The notes beneath the pieces were generated by a model. It was given only the letters and a program-made list of their open reading frames with translations, was not told the DNA's origin and ran no database searches. A stretch of 64,000 bases of DNA from Moniliella sp. 'wahieum'. Lineage: Eukaryota. The stretch's first letter is position 1. Every line of letters begins with the position of its first letter. Position numbers and translations under genes: made by a program. This document shows positions 62,761 to 64,000 of this stretch, one piece after another. The stretch covers positions 1 through 64,000 of the forward strand of contig RSEE01000102.1 in the NCBI GenBank assembly GCA_003971905.1, read 5' to 3'.

Positions 62761-64000
62761 TTTCCTCCATGTCCGTTAACACAGTTTCGGCAGTCGTATA
62801 CTTTTGATCTGTCGAAAGATCTCCCACGGATGCCCTGCTCTGATCGATTATCCATGATCCATGTGATCAATGCTAAGCGCTAAGCCGTAAGGCCTAAGCG
62901 CTAACTGGCAACGACCGATGACCACCCCGCCCCACATTCAGTCCCCGTGTTGGGCCGAGACAGCGGTTGCGGTTGTGTGTGCGGGGGGGTGAGATACGGG
63001 TGAATCATCTTTCTGCCGCTCGCGTCCCCCGAACAAGCAATGCAACCGCAATGCACGGGCACTGGCGAACCGACGGCAGCGGATGGCTTGAAGCTTAATC
63101 GGACTGCATGAATGGGTTAGCCGGCCTGCCCTCTGGTGACTCCAACAGAGAGAGTCTCTTCATTGTGCTCACGCTTAGTTAGTCAATGTACAGCCGAGCC
63201 GGCCTGTCCTCTGATGCCTCCCTCAGAGAGAGGCCTGGACCTATCAGCTCACCCTTAGTTATATACCTAACCCATTGCCTACCCCCGCCGCTTGGATCCC
63301 AAGAAGTTCGGCGGCAAGGGTGCCCGCGCTTGCCGGCAGAAGTCGTACCGCTATAAGCTTGAAGCAGTTTTGTCCGAAGAGCGAGTAGGGATTTGCCTCG
63401 CATTATGCAATCTCATTTGAATCACTGCTTCCTGAGGCTGTTGCTGGTTCATACCGTTGTGCATTGTGGTTTTTGGTGGACCTCTTTTGAAGTTTGCATC
63501 GTACTGTAGAACAATCCAAGCACAGAACAGTGTCTGATCTTGCCCTCCTTGTCAGGGACCGCAACACAGAAACGACTGTCATCGCTCCCTGACCCCAAAG
63601 TTTAGACCCCCCGATTACATGTGCTTCAGCTCAAAAACACACTGGGATGCGCATGCTGAGGTGGTACCTGGCCTGCTGTATATGATAGGATATCCAACGT
63701 CCAATCGTACTAGCATCGAGTGCCCATATTCGCACCCACTTTCCCAACTGTGAACCCTATGCCGTGTGCGAATCGGCCAATGTTTTTTTAGAACCGCTTA
63801 GTATCATCTCTATCGCAATCTAGCGATGAGGGCTGAGACGTATCAACCATCAATTGTGGAGGGGCTCAGGGCCTGACAGAACAAAAGCGCCGGCACTGCA
63901 GCAACATTGGTGCTGTATATTTCACGAAACGAAAAGGTACTAACGAAAGCGTAGTGGAACCGGAAAAGAGAGAAAAACAGCAGGCTCATGTGAACACTGT

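Overview
Left end of a GC-rich fungal chromosome. It opens with telomeric (TAACCC)n repeats. Gene content, GTACGT/GTGCGT..CTAAC..YAG introns and repeat style point to a basidiomycete, possibly Ustilaginomycotina (inference). About 18 protein genes are recognisable: GGA-like VHS-GAT adaptor, Gyp5/EVI5-like TBC protein, bZIP-DUF3425, YohF-like SDR, PhyH-type dioxygenase, THOC3/Tex1, RPL24, BUD32, a HAD-like protein, two C2H2 zinc fingers, GH5 exo-glucanase, IRC6/p34, an Ariadne RBR ligase, chitin deacetylase, FSH1 and a CBS-PB1 protein. There is also an intron-containing tRNA-Thr(AGT). A ~9 kb nested retroelement graveyard (10.7-19.5 kb) holds a CRE/Cnl1/MoTeR-like RT split by a solo LTR with a perfect TSD, plus Ty1/copia and Ty3/gypsy remnants. 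Many conserved genes carry single-base frameshifts, most likely long-read assembly errors, so CDS ends are approximate. Most notable observations: (1) two convergent non-LTR 3' ends sharing a near-identical 61-nt non-coding core, one of them clearly RLE-type; (2) an intronless SDR resembling enterobacterial YohF; (3) pervasive period-7, often palindrome-based, intergenic micro-repeats; (4) two apparent pseudo-enzymes; (5) a telomere joined directly to a possible L1-like remnant. All family assignments come from motif recognition by eye, not database searches.
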